The notes under the pieces: model-generated
The model's database searches: none
Told to the model about the DNA's origin: nothing
Seen by the model: only the letters and a program-made list of their open reading frames with translations
Program-made: the position numbers and the translations under genes
Part shown: one piece after another, positions 34,636 to 45,845 of the stretch
Numbering within the stretch: the first letter of the stretch is position 1
How the letters are laid out: the number at the start of each line of letters is the position of its first letter
DNA from: Acidobacteriaceae bacterium
GTDB lineage: Bacteria; Acidobacteriota; Terriglobia; Bryobacterales; Bryobacteraceae
DNA: 55,854 nucleotides
Reading direction: 5' to 3'
Assembly (NCBI GenBank): GCA_019233375.1
Contig: JAFAMM010000480.1
Location: 1-55,854, forward strand

Positions 34636-36903
34636 ATGGACGGAGCCACAAGGGACAGCCGACTGATCCGTTTTTCAGTGTTCGAGCTGGATCGTGATTC
34701 CGGCGAATTGTTCAAGCAAGGCCGCAAAATCAAGCTGCAGGGGCAGCCGTTCGAGCTGCTGGTCGCTTTACTGGAACGCCCCGGCGAGGTCCTGACCCGC
34801 GAAGAATTACGCCAAAAGATCTGGCCGTCGGAAGTCGCGGGCGATTTCGATCAGGGATTGAACCGGGCGATCAATAAGGTTCGCGAGGCCTTGGGCGATT
34901 CGGCGGAAGCACCGCGGTTTATCGAGACTATTCCGCGCCGCGGGTATCGCTTCATCGGGCCGCTGCAATCAGAGCTGGCAGCGCCGGTCGATGTCGCCTC
35001 CGCGCCGCTGGTCAATGTTGCTGCCGCGCCGCCCGAGCTAGAACAGGCGAACGCAAAATCAAAACCGCGTAAGAATCTCTGGATTTTTGCCGCATTCGGG
35101 ACAGCGTTGCTGATTGCCATTGTCTGGCTTGTCTCTCGGCCGGCTCCCGCACCCCCTACGCGCGAGATCAACCAGGAGCAGCTCACGTTCAATCCTCCCG
35201 AGAGATGGGTGCAAAGCGCGGCCATCTCACCCGACGGCAGATATTTCGCGTACTCGGACGCCGCAGGCATTCATGTCAGGCTGCTCGCGACGCATGAGGA
35301 GCGCTTGATCCCGAGGCCTCCGGGAGTATCGGAATGGGCATTCTGGACCATTGCCTCCTGGCTCCCTGACGGAACGCAAATGCTCGCGAATGTCATCGAA
35401 GCCGGTGGCCAAAATAGCACCTGGACCGTGTCCGTGCTGGGCGAATCGGCACGCGAGCTGCGAGACGGCGCTTTCGCCTTTGCGGTTTCGCCGGACGGCA
35501 AATATGTAGCCTTTGCGCCACGCAAACCGCAGGATCCTCTGCCTTGGGCGGAACACGCACGAGACTCTTCTCCGGAAGCTGGGATGCGAGAGATCTGGCT
35601 CATGGATAGCGACGGCGACAATCCTCGGAAAGCCGTTGATTTGCCGCATGGCCAATTCCTATACGGCGTGCATTGGTCTCCAGACGGAAAACGCTTGGCC
35701 TACGTTCGCGTAGAGCGCCAAACATCCGGATCCTTCCTGTGGTCCATCGAGAGCTGTGCGCTGAACGGCATTGCTCACGACATGGTCGTACCTCCATCTG
35801 CACTAGTTGTCGATGATTTCTGCTGGCTGTCCGATAAGCGGATTGTCTTTTCCAAGCAATCCTCGCCAAGCGCCAGGGTTAACAACCTTTATGTATCTGC
35901 TGTTGATAGCGGGACAGGAAAACCAATCACCAAACCGGCACGTTTAGCCGGTTCGATAGCGGCATTCCGGCTGGCGTCCTTAAGCGCAACCGCGGACAGC
36001 AAACGGCTGGTGCTGATACGGCTGAACGGGCGCGCTCGAGTTTATCTGGCGGAAGTCGCAGGCGATGGAGCGCTCATCAACCCTCCTCGCCTCTTCACCA
36101 AGGATGACTCAAGCGATTGGCCGAATGCGTGGACATCCGACAATCGAGCTGTTTTGTTTTTTTCTGACCGCAATGGCAAGTTTGAGGTATTCAAGCAGGA
36201 TATTCGTACGGAGACGGCCGAGCCGTTAGTAATAAGCGGCGAAGAGAGCTACGGACCTCGCGTCAGTTCCGATGGCGCCTGGGTGGTGTACGGGAGCGCA
36301 CCAAATGCGTGGGCTCCCGGACCTGCAAAGATGATGCGCATGCGAGTAAATGGAGGGTCGCCTCAATTTGTCATGGACATGTTCAACGCCAAGAACTGGA
36401 ATTGCAGCGCGCACGCAAACTTCTGTGCCTTGCTCGAGACTAGCCAGGACGGAAAGCAATTCACGATTACTGCGTTCGACGCCATCAGGGGTCGCGGGAA
36501 GCTGCTCAGGACCATTCAGAAAGAACCCGGCGAGTACGCCAGTGCGCTCTCACCCGATGGTTCCCTGTTCGCGATCGCGAGGGCCGGCGAACCGGAAACT
36601 CACGTTCGCTTGCTTTCGCTTACCGGAGGCGCGGACCGGGAAATCACGGTTAGAAATATGTCGAACGCCAGCAGTCTCGATTGGGCTGCCGGCGGCAACG
36701 GGTTTTACGCGGCGTTCTCCTCCGCGCGAGGCAGCGGTCTATTCTATTTCGACATGAACGGAAAGCCCCGTTCACTCTGGCAGCAGTCTGGCGCTCAGGC
36801 AGATTCGATTGGCGGCTGGGCGATCCCATCGCCTGACGGCCGCTACCTCGCTATCAACGGCCGCGATACCAGCAGCAACGCATGGATGATCGAGAATTTC
36901 TGA
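34636..36903 (+). CDS. membrane-bound wHTH - TM - TolB-like beta-propeller regulator (paralog 2)
   Basis: It has the same architecture as paralog 1 and starts 8 nt after its stop. The DNA-binding domains are identical at 94 of 101 positions by hand count. The sensor region is much more diverged. Both proteins end in (V/A)WMIENF. Confidence 0.85.
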   Translation: MDGATRDSRLIRFSVFELDRDSGELFKQGRKIKLQGQPFELLVALLERPGEVLTREELRQKIWPSEVAGDFDQGLNRAINKVREALGDSAEAPRFIETIPRRGYRFIGPLQSELAAPVDVASAPLVNVAAAPPELEQANAKSKPRKNLWIFAAFGTALLIAIVWLVSRPAPAPPTREINQEQLTFNPPERWVQSAAISPDGRYFAYSDAAGIHVRLLATHEERLIPRPPGVSEWAFWTIASWLPDGTQMLANVIEAGGQNSTWTVSVLGESARELRDGAFAFAVSPDGKYVAFAPRKPQDPLPWAEHARDSSPEAGMREIWLMDSDGDNPRKAVDLPHGQFLYGVHWSPDGKRLAYVRVERQTSGSFLWSIESCALNGIAHDMVVPPSALVVDDFCWLSDKRIVFSKQSSPSARVNNLYVSAVDSGTGKPITKPARLAGSIAAFRLASLSATADSKRLVLIRLNGRARVYLAEVAGDGALINPPRLFTKDDSSDWPNAWTSDNRAVLFFSDRNGKFEVFKQDIRTETAEPLVISGEESYGPRVSSDGAWVVYGSAPNAWAPGPAKMMRMRVNGGSPQFVMDMFNAKNWNCSAHANFCALLETSQDGKQFTITAFDAIRGRGKLLRTIQKEPGEYASALSPDGSLFAIARAGEPETHVRLLSLTGGADREITVRNMSNASSLDWAAGGNGFYAAFSSARGSGLFYFDMNGKPRSLWQQSGAQADSIGGWAIPSPDGRYLAINGRDTSSNAWMIENF

Positions 36904-37029
36904 AGCGAGACCGTTGCCCGCACTGAGCATCCTCGCCGTGTACGAACCGTGTACGAGTGACCCGATTTGCAGGATCTTTTCCGCTTCTGAGTTCTCATCT
37001 CCTGCCCGATGAGAAACTGAAGGTATCAG

Positions 37030-39657
<2,628 letters not shown>

Positions 39658-39680
39658 TTTGTGAGTCCACTGGAGGATAC

Positions 39681-40673
39681 GTGGAGAAATTTGACGTAGC
39701 AATCGTCGGCGCGGGACCCACCGGCCTGGCCTGCGGTATCGAAGTCCAGAAGCGCGGATTTTCCGCCGCACTGTTCGACAAGGGCTGTGTGGTGAACTCG
39801 ATCTATCACTACCCCATCAACCTCGTTTTTTTCACCACGCCAGAGCTTCTCGAGATCGGCGACATACCGATGACATCGCTGAACGAGAAGCCCGGCCGCA
39901 CGGAAGCGCTGAAGTACTATCGCCGGGTGGCAGACCACTATAGCCTCAATATTCATCAGTACGAGCGCGTTCTCGCCTTCGACGGCTCGGATGGCGCCTT
40001 CACGCTGCGAACCCAGAACAGCGCGGGCGATCAGTTCTGTTATGCAGCACGCAAGATTATTCTTTCCACCGGCTACTATGACATCCCCAATCGGTTGAAT
40101 GTGCCGGGTGAAGACCTTGAAAAAGTGATTCACTATTATCGCGAGCCTCACCCGTATTACAACCACGATGTTTTGATCGTAGGGGCGAAGAACTCCGCGT
40201 CTATAGCTGCTTTGGACCTCTTCTGGACGGGCGCGCGGGTAAGCATGGTGCATCGCGGCGCGAGTATTTCGAATAACGTCAAATACTGGATCAAACCGAA
40301 TATCGAGAACCGGATCAAGAGCGGGGAAGTTAAGGCCTACTTCCACAGCTCAGTGAAAGAGATCAGGCAGCACGAGGCCGTTCTCAAAACGCCTGAGGGC
40401 GAAGTTACGTTGAAGAATGATTTCGTCTTTGCGATGACGGGTTACCGGCCTGATTTCGAATTTATGGCCCAGCATGGTATTCATCTTGATCCCGCCACTT
40501 CGAAGCCCATCACCGACCCCGAGACTCTTGAAAGCGAACGCGGCGGTGTCTATCTGGCTGGCGTGATTGTGGCAGGAACACACACGAACGAAATCTTTAT
40601 CGAAAATGGCCGGTTCCATGGCAAACTAATCGCGGAAGCCATCGAAAAGAGCCTGGTCGCAGCGGCGGCCTGA
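39681..40673 (+). CDS. ypdA: YpdA-family putative bacillithiol disulfide reductase (FAD/NAD(P)-dependent)
   Basis: The protein is collinear with Bacillus YpdA as I recall it. Matching segments are FDVAIVGAGPTGLACGIE, NSIYHYPINLVFFTTPELLEIGDIP, STGYYDIPNRLNVPGEDL, DFVFAMTGYRPDFEF and NEIFIENGRFHG. Confidence 0.75.
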   Translation: MEKFDVAIVGAGPTGLACGIEVQKRGFSAALFDKGCVVNSIYHYPINLVFFTTPELLEIGDIPMTSLNEKPGRTEALKYYRRVADHYSLNIHQYERVLAFDGSDGAFTLRTQNSAGDQFCYAARKIILSTGYYDIPNRLNVPGEDLEKVIHYYREPHPYYNHDVLIVGAKNSASIAALDLFWTGARVSMVHRGASISNNVKYWIKPNIENRIKSGEVKAYFHSSVKEIRQHEAVLKTPEGEVTLKNDFVFAMTGYRPDFEFMAQHGIHLDPATSKPITDPETLESERGGVYLAGVIVAGTHTNEIFIENGRFHGKLIAEAIEKSLVAAAA

Positions 40674-40702
40674 CGGAGATCATTGAGCTGGGGATACTGA
40701 TC

Positions 40703-41203
40703 GTGTCAGCAATAACGGTTGTACCGCTAGGCGAGTATCTCTCCACCGTGTATCGGCCCGACCGCGAGTACGTCGATGGGCAGCTCTTGGAGCGGAACTT
40801 GGGTGAATGGGATCACGCGCGGCTGCAGGGGCTGTTGTATGGGTTTCTTCTGAAACACGAAAAGGAATGGAAGATTCTCGTGGTTCCTGAACAGCGAGTT
40901 CAAGTTAAGCCAACCCGGTTTCGCGTTCCCGACATAACTGTGCTCACCGGCCCGGCGCCGGTCGATATTGTGCGAACTCCTCCGTTTCTCTGTATCGAGA
41001 TCTTGTCTCCTGACGATCGCATTAAAGAAATGCAGACCCGAATCGATGACTATCTTGAATTCGGAGTTAGCTACGTGTGGCTGATTGACCCGGCCACTCG
41101 CCGTGCGACTGTTTATACGCGTGACGGCGTCAGCGAAGTCAGAGATGGCATCCTCGCGACCAGGAATCCCGATATTCGCGTAATCCTCGGTGAGTTAGAC
41201 TAG
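40703..41203 (+). CDS. Uma2 (DUF820) family putative endonuclease
   Basis: The motifs RVPDITVL, FLCIEILSPDD and YLEFGVSYVWLIDP are typical of the Uma2 restriction-endonuclease-like fold. The start codon is GTG. Confidence 0.7.
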   Translation: MSAITVVPLGEYLSTVYRPDREYVDGQLLERNLGEWDHARLQGLLYGFLLKHEKEWKILVVPEQRVQVKPTRFRVPDITVLTGPAPVDIVRTPPFLCIEILSPDDRIKEMQTRIDDYLEFGVSYVWLIDPATRRATVYTRDGVSEVRDGILATRNPDIRVILGELD

Positions 41204-41212
41204 TCGCGAATC

Positions 41213-42544
41213 GTGTCCAAATCCAGACGTGAATTCCTTCTAGCCACCAGTGCGGCTGCCGTCATTGTTTCAGGGCAGGAAACACCACCGCCTACGACCG
41301 CCAAGACCGTAATCGGAATGTCCTTCGAGACTGTGAATCCGAAGCTCGGCTTAATCGGGACAGGCGGCCGGGGAACAGAGCTTCTGAAAAATTTCCTCGG
41401 CGCGGACGTACAAGTTAAAGCAATATGCGACATCGTCGCTGAAAAGGCCAAGAACGCCCAGAGCCTGGTTGAAAAGGCGGGCCAGACATCGCCGGAGCTG
41501 TACACAGAAAGCGACCACGCCTACGAACGTCTGGTAGCGCGGGAAGATCTGGACCTGGTGGTCATCGCGACGCCGTGGCGCTGGCATGTGCCCATGGCGA
41601 TCGCGTCCATGAAACACGGAAAGCACGTTGCGACGGAAGTGCCAGCCGCTACGACCATCGAAGAATGCTGGCAACTGGTCGATACAGCTGAACAGACGCG
41701 GCGGCACTGCATCATGTTGGAGAACTGCTGCTATGGCGAGAATGAAACCCTGATTCTCGCGATGGTGCAAGCCGGCTTGTTCGGCGATCTTCTGTATGGT
41801 GAGGCGGCGTATCTGCACGACCTTCGCGAGGAGATGTTCTCGAACAAGGGCGAAGGCCTGTGGCGGCGTACCGTTCACACCGAACGCGACGGCAATCTGT
41901 ATCCTACGCACGGCCTGGGCCCGGTCGCCAACTACATGGGCATCAATCGCGGGGATCGCTTCGATTACCTGGTCTCGATGAGCACTCCCGCGAAAGGGTT
42001 GGCCGAGTACCGCGCGAAACACGTACCTCCCGGCGACCCGAAGTGGCAGGAGCACTATATCGACGGCGACATGAACATGTCTCTGATCAAAACGGCCAAT
42101 GGGCTCATGATCAACCTGCAGCATGATGTTTCGAATCCGCATCCTTACAGCCGTATTAATTGCATTGCCGGGACAAAAGGCATTTTCAGAGACTATCCGC
42201 CGCGGATTTACTTCGACGGCCAGCCGGGCCGCGAAGAGTACGACAGCATCGAACCCTACAAGGCGCAATACGAAAACGCGCTTTGGAAGAAACAAGGTGA
42301 GATTGCCCGCAAGATCGGCGGGCACGGCGGTATGGATTTTATTGAATGCTATCGTCTGGCAGAATGCATGCGTCGCGGCCTGGAGCCGGACATGGACGTC
42401 TACGATGCGGCCGCCTGGTCTGCTCCCGGTCCGCTCAGCCAGGACTCCTTGAAGGCGGGAAGCGGGCCGGTAAAGGTTCCTGACTTCACGCGCGGGAAGT
42501 GGAAAGTTCGGTCCCGTTCTCCCATTGCTTCGATTCAGGGTTAG
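41213..42544 (+). CDS. Tat-exported Gfo/Idh/MocA family oxidoreductase (GH109-like)
   Basis: The twin-arginine leader is SRREFLLATSAAAVIV. A Rossmann motif (LGLIGTGGRG) is followed by the C-terminal domain typical of secreted NAD-dependent glycosidase/oxidoreductases. Confidence 0.75.
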   Translation: MSKSRREFLLATSAAAVIVSGQETPPPTTAKTVIGMSFETVNPKLGLIGTGGRGTELLKNFLGADVQVKAICDIVAEKAKNAQSLVEKAGQTSPELYTESDHAYERLVAREDLDLVVIATPWRWHVPMAIASMKHGKHVATEVPAATTIEECWQLVDTAEQTRRHCIMLENCCYGENETLILAMVQAGLFGDLLYGEAAYLHDLREEMFSNKGEGLWRRTVHTERDGNLYPTHGLGPVANYMGINRGDRFDYLVSMSTPAKGLAEYRAKHVPPGDPKWQEHYIDGDMNMSLIKTANGLMINLQHDVSNPHPYSRINCIAGTKGIFRDYPPRIYFDGQPGREEYDSIEPYKAQYENALWKKQGEIARKIGGHGGMDFIECYRLAECMRRGLEPDMDVYDAAAWSAPGPLSQDSLKAGSGPVKVPDFTRGKWKVRSRSPIASIQG

Positions 42545-42726
42545 GTCGAGAGGCACCGCCTCGCCAATCGTCGATAAGCGCCAGCAAAGGTAACCAAACC
42601 GAGTACTCTGCGGACGATCCATTCTGCCGCGAGGCTTTGTAGGAAGCGAAGGAATCTAACCATACATGGAGTTTTAGTACTTGTGTGACTACCTGTCGAT
42701 CATACGAGTACCGAGCTAGGAACAAA

Positions 42727-43293
42727 CTAGGTTTTTTCGGGACTCATAGTACTCGTGGCCGTTGACTCAGCATCGTCCGAGCAGCGTAGTCGCATTCCAC
42801 ATTCGCGTACCCGAATCCAGAGCATATAGCCGATTACTATTAAGTTGATCAGCAGGATGCCTGCATGCGTCCAGTTCGGCTTTTCACCCAACTTCAGCAG
42901 CTCCCAAGGCAGGTACATAGCGCCCGACAATAGCGCAAACCATTCTGCCCAAACGCGCCGGTGCCACAGGCCCCAGGCTTCCACAAAGCGGACAACGGGA
43001 TAGATCGTGATTGCCAGAGCGAGCGTCCAGAGCCGCGCATCACTTATCTGCGTGGCCGCATGCATAACCGCATGGCCGAGTTTACGATCCATGTTGATGT
43101 GCAGGTGAAATAACAGGTACTCGGCGTAATCTTCCACGTGCTCATGAAGGAAAAGGAGCGCGATGCCCAGGCCGAGCACGGCGATACCCTTGAGCGCCTC
43201 GAAAGTGGCGACCGCGCGCAGTCCTGCTGTGCTGGCCCGGTTGTCGAGGCCGGATGGTGGCAGTTCGAGTGCGTGGGCCATCCCTATAGACAT
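42727..43293 (-). CDS. DUF2127 family membrane protein
   Basis: The protein has four TM segments. The sequence LRAVATFEALKGIAVLGLGIALLFL is typical of DUF2127. Confidence 0.6.
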   Translation of the reverse strand: MSIGMAHALELPPSGLDNRASTAGLRAVATFEALKGIAVLGLGIALLFLHEHVEDYAEYLLFHLHINMDRKLGHAVMHAATQISDARLWTLALAITIYPVVRFVEAWGLWHRRVWAEWFALLSGAMYLPWELLKLGEKPNWTHAGILLINLIVIGYMLWIRVRECGMRLRCSDDAESTATSTMSPEKT

Positions 43294-43354
43294 TTTCCAA
43301 TGCTCCCGGCATGTGTGACGGCGTGGTGCAGCGGTTCAGTACACTAACTCAGGA

Positions 43355-43955
43355 GTGCCGCGAAATCTGACGGACACACCGGCCCGCCGCCGCGCCGAAA
43401 AAGAGTCCAAAAAACGAAGGATTCGCAGCAAAGCAGCGCCGTCCAGGAGAGCAAAATTCGGCCCCGTCTGGAGCGCGGCAGCGCTGCTCTCCGGCTTATT
43501 GCTGGTATGGCTAACCTGTGAGCTGCACAGGCAATATACCGTGGGCCTGCAATCACCGGTACGACTCCGATTTCAATGGCCGCTAGTGATTGCGCTTCGG
43601 ACCCGGTCGGAAGAAGCCTACCAGGCGCAGTTAGACCAGCGGCATGCGCTGACGCCGTACCAGCAGTACGCCTGCCGCAAGTTCGGTTCGGCTTGCCGGG
43701 TGGCTTTAGCCATCCAGCGGGCTGAAAATCCGCAGGGTAAGTGCGAGATCTATCACTACAACACGGATGGGACCCTGGATTGGGGCTATTTTCAGATCAA
43801 CACGATACATCTAAAGCGCCCCGGTCTAAATCTGCGAGATCTGCTCGATTGCAAAGCGAATATCCTTTGCCTATAGGCTTTTTGTACAGATGGGCGGGTT
43901 CACGCCATGGAGCACGTATAACAACGGCGCGTACCGCAAGTACCTGCACGAGTAG
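43355..43955 (+). pseudogene. lysozyme-like/transglycosylase (SLT-type) protein gene needing a +1 frameshift near 43865
   Basis: The main frame (43355-43876) has a basic leader, a TM segment and then ALAIQRAENPQG...DWGYFQINTIHL...DCKANI. It stops at the TAG at 43874-43876. The expected C-terminus FAYRLFVQMGGFTPWSTYNNGAYRKYLHE* is intact in the +1 frame, ending at 43955. Confidence 0.6.
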
Positions 43956-44171
43956 CTACTACCGTTTTGCGTATTGTTGTCTAGCTGTTTACATTTATCG
44001 GTAGATTTTCTAAACAGATGAGGTAAACTTAATTACAAATTGGGTGTCGGTTGCAGTGCGACCGTTCATCCTCCTCCGACACAGCAAGGGTCCGGTCGAA
44101 ACTGGACCTTTGCTGAGAAACGTCCTGCGAAAATCCCAGACTCTCAAACACGATCGATTTACCCGTCTGAA

Positions 44172-45380
44172 TTACGCACGCCCAAGAAGCAGGCTGGCGT
44201 TCAGGCCGCCGAAAGCGAAGGTGTTGGAGAGTGCGCACCGGACAGGCGCGCCACGCGCTTCATTCGGTACCACATCGAGATTGCAGGCCGGATCGACGGC
44301 CGTAAAGTTGGCTGTGGGCGGCACAATGCCATCCTTCAGCGCGAGCAGCGTTAGCACGGCCTCTACTCCACCCGCTGCCCCAAGGGTGTGACCATGCATG
44401 GACTTAGTGGAGCTGACCAGGAGCGTATCGGCATGTACACCGAAGACGCGGCGTATAGCCTGAGTTTCGGTCACATCGTTAGCCTGAGTACCGGTGCCGT
44501 GCGCATTAATATAGTCAATTTTGTTTGCCGGGATGTGCGCGTCGCGAAGCGCCCATTCCATGGCTTTGGCGGGGCCCTCGACACACGGTTGAGTGATGTG
44601 GTGAGCATCGGAACTCATGCCAAACCCCAAGACTTCGCCAAGGATGTCTGCACTGCGGCTACGCGCCTGATCCCAATTCTCCAGCACCAGCATCGCCCCC
44701 GCTTCCCCCAGGGATAAGCCGCGGCGATCTGACGAAAAAGGACGGCAAACATCCGTCGAGACGACCCGCATCGCCTCCCAGGCGCGTAACAAGCCTTCAG
44801 CGAAAACGGCCTCGCTCCCACCGGCGATGGCAGCCGTCATTTGCCCGCTGCGGACCATCCAGAATGCCTGCCCGAGGGCGTGATTAGCGGAAGAGCAAGC
44901 GGTCGAAACCGTATAGGCCGGGCCGGTGATGCCGAACTCGAGGGAAATCCGGCTGGCGCCGGCATTCGACATGGTACGCGGAATGGTGAGTGGAGCGACG
45001 CGCGGGTTGTTCTCCCGATATAGCCGCAAATATCCTTCCTCTTCGGTAAATTGCCCGCCGACACTGCTTCCGGTGATAATAGCCGTGCGGTCGGCCAGTT
45101 CCCCGTTGAAGCTAAGACCGCTTTGCGCGACGGCTTCGCGGGCGGCCTTGGCCGCGAGCAGAGCGAACCGTTCCAGCATCACCATGTCTTTTTCAGTGAA
45201 GTATTCGAGCGGAGCGAACTCCCAGGCCTCCGCGCCTCTTTGAAACTTATAAGGAGGGCATCCTGGATCCCGGAGCTGTAGAATGCGGCATTCGCCGGCG
45301 ATAGCCCGCCGCCAGCAGTCCGCGACCGTGTTTCCCAGCGCGCAGACCAGGCCGAGGCCGGTGACCGCGACCCTGTTCAT
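44172..45380 (-). CDS. beta-ketoacyl-ACP synthase (KAS I/II, FabF/NodE-like)
   Basis: The catalytic triad contexts are VSTACSSANHALGQA (Cys), INAHGTGTQANDVTE (His) and STKSMHGHTLGAAG (His). The C-terminus is FAFGGLNASLLLG. The ATG overlaps the ACP TGA (ATGA at 45377-45380). Confidence 0.9.
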   Translation of the reverse strand: MNRVAVTGLGLVCALGNTVADCWRRAIAGECRILQLRDPGCPPYKFQRGAEAWEFAPLEYFTEKDMVMLERFALLAAKAAREAVAQSGLSFNGELADRTAIITGSSVGGQFTEEEGYLRLYRENNPRVAPLTIPRTMSNAGASRISLEFGITGPAYTVSTACSSANHALGQAFWMVRSGQMTAAIAGGSEAVFAEGLLRAWEAMRVVSTDVCRPFSSDRRGLSLGEAGAMLVLENWDQARSRSADILGEVLGFGMSSDAHHITQPCVEGPAKAMEWALRDAHIPANKIDYINAHGTGTQANDVTETQAIRRVFGVHADTLLVSSTKSMHGHTLGAAGGVEAVLTLLALKDGIVPPTANFTAVDPACNLDVVPNEARGAPVRCALSNTFAFGGLNASLLLGRA

Positions 45381-45667
45381 GCCGCCCCGGAGGGAGCCGT
45401 CTGCTGCTGGCGCTTCAGGCCCAGCAGCTTGCGTACGCCCTCTACGGTTTCGCTGACCGATCTGAGATTTTGCGCGCCCTCGTCCGGGATTTCGATATTA
45501 AATGCCTTTTCGAGTTCGAAGACGATGTTGATGCCGTCGAGAGAATCAATCTTGAGCTCCTCGAAAGTGCTGTTCAGAGAGATGGAATCGGCAGGAATGC
45601 GCTGCGTGCGCGCGATCACCTCAATCACCTTCGCACCTAGTTCGTCTTGTTCCGAGCGTTCAGGCAT
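45377..45667 (-). CDS. acyl carrier protein (stand-alone)
   Basis: The phosphopantetheine site is ELKIDSLDGINIVFELEKAFNIEIPDE. I use the ATG at 45667. The ATG at 45706 is an alternative. The longer track ORF (to 45814) has an implausible leader. Confidence 0.75.
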   Translation of the reverse strand: MPERSEQDELGAKVIEVIARTQRIPADSISLNSTFEELKIDSLDGINIVFELEKAFNIEIPDEGAQNLRSVSETVEGVRKLLGLKRQQQTAPSGAA

Positions 45668-45845
45668 GCGTCGAAAACATGATAACTCCCGCTCGGTTCC
45701 TGCCATCGCGGACGCATAGCAATGGCACACCAGAAAAAGCCGGTTTTCGCGGCGAGCCGGAGGGAAGGCAGACGAACGCGAAAACCGGTGAAGAAACCCG
45801 GGACTCTGAGGCACCCCGGGTCATGCGGAGGAAGGGCGTTGCAAT

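Noticed and set aside
41351-42622. 423-aa minus-strand ORF opposite the Gfo/Idh/MocA oxidoreductase gene
   Set aside because: It is an antisense shadow ORF. The plus-strand protein has a Tat leader, a Rossmann motif and sensible composition. The minus-strand product is Arg-rich and has no recognisable features.
44086-44115. Hairpin AAGGGTCC-N10-GGACCTTT between the transglycosylase gene and the KAS gene as a bidirectional terminator
   Set aside because: The stem is short with one mismatch, and no U-tract follows on either strand. The evidence is insufficient to annotate it.
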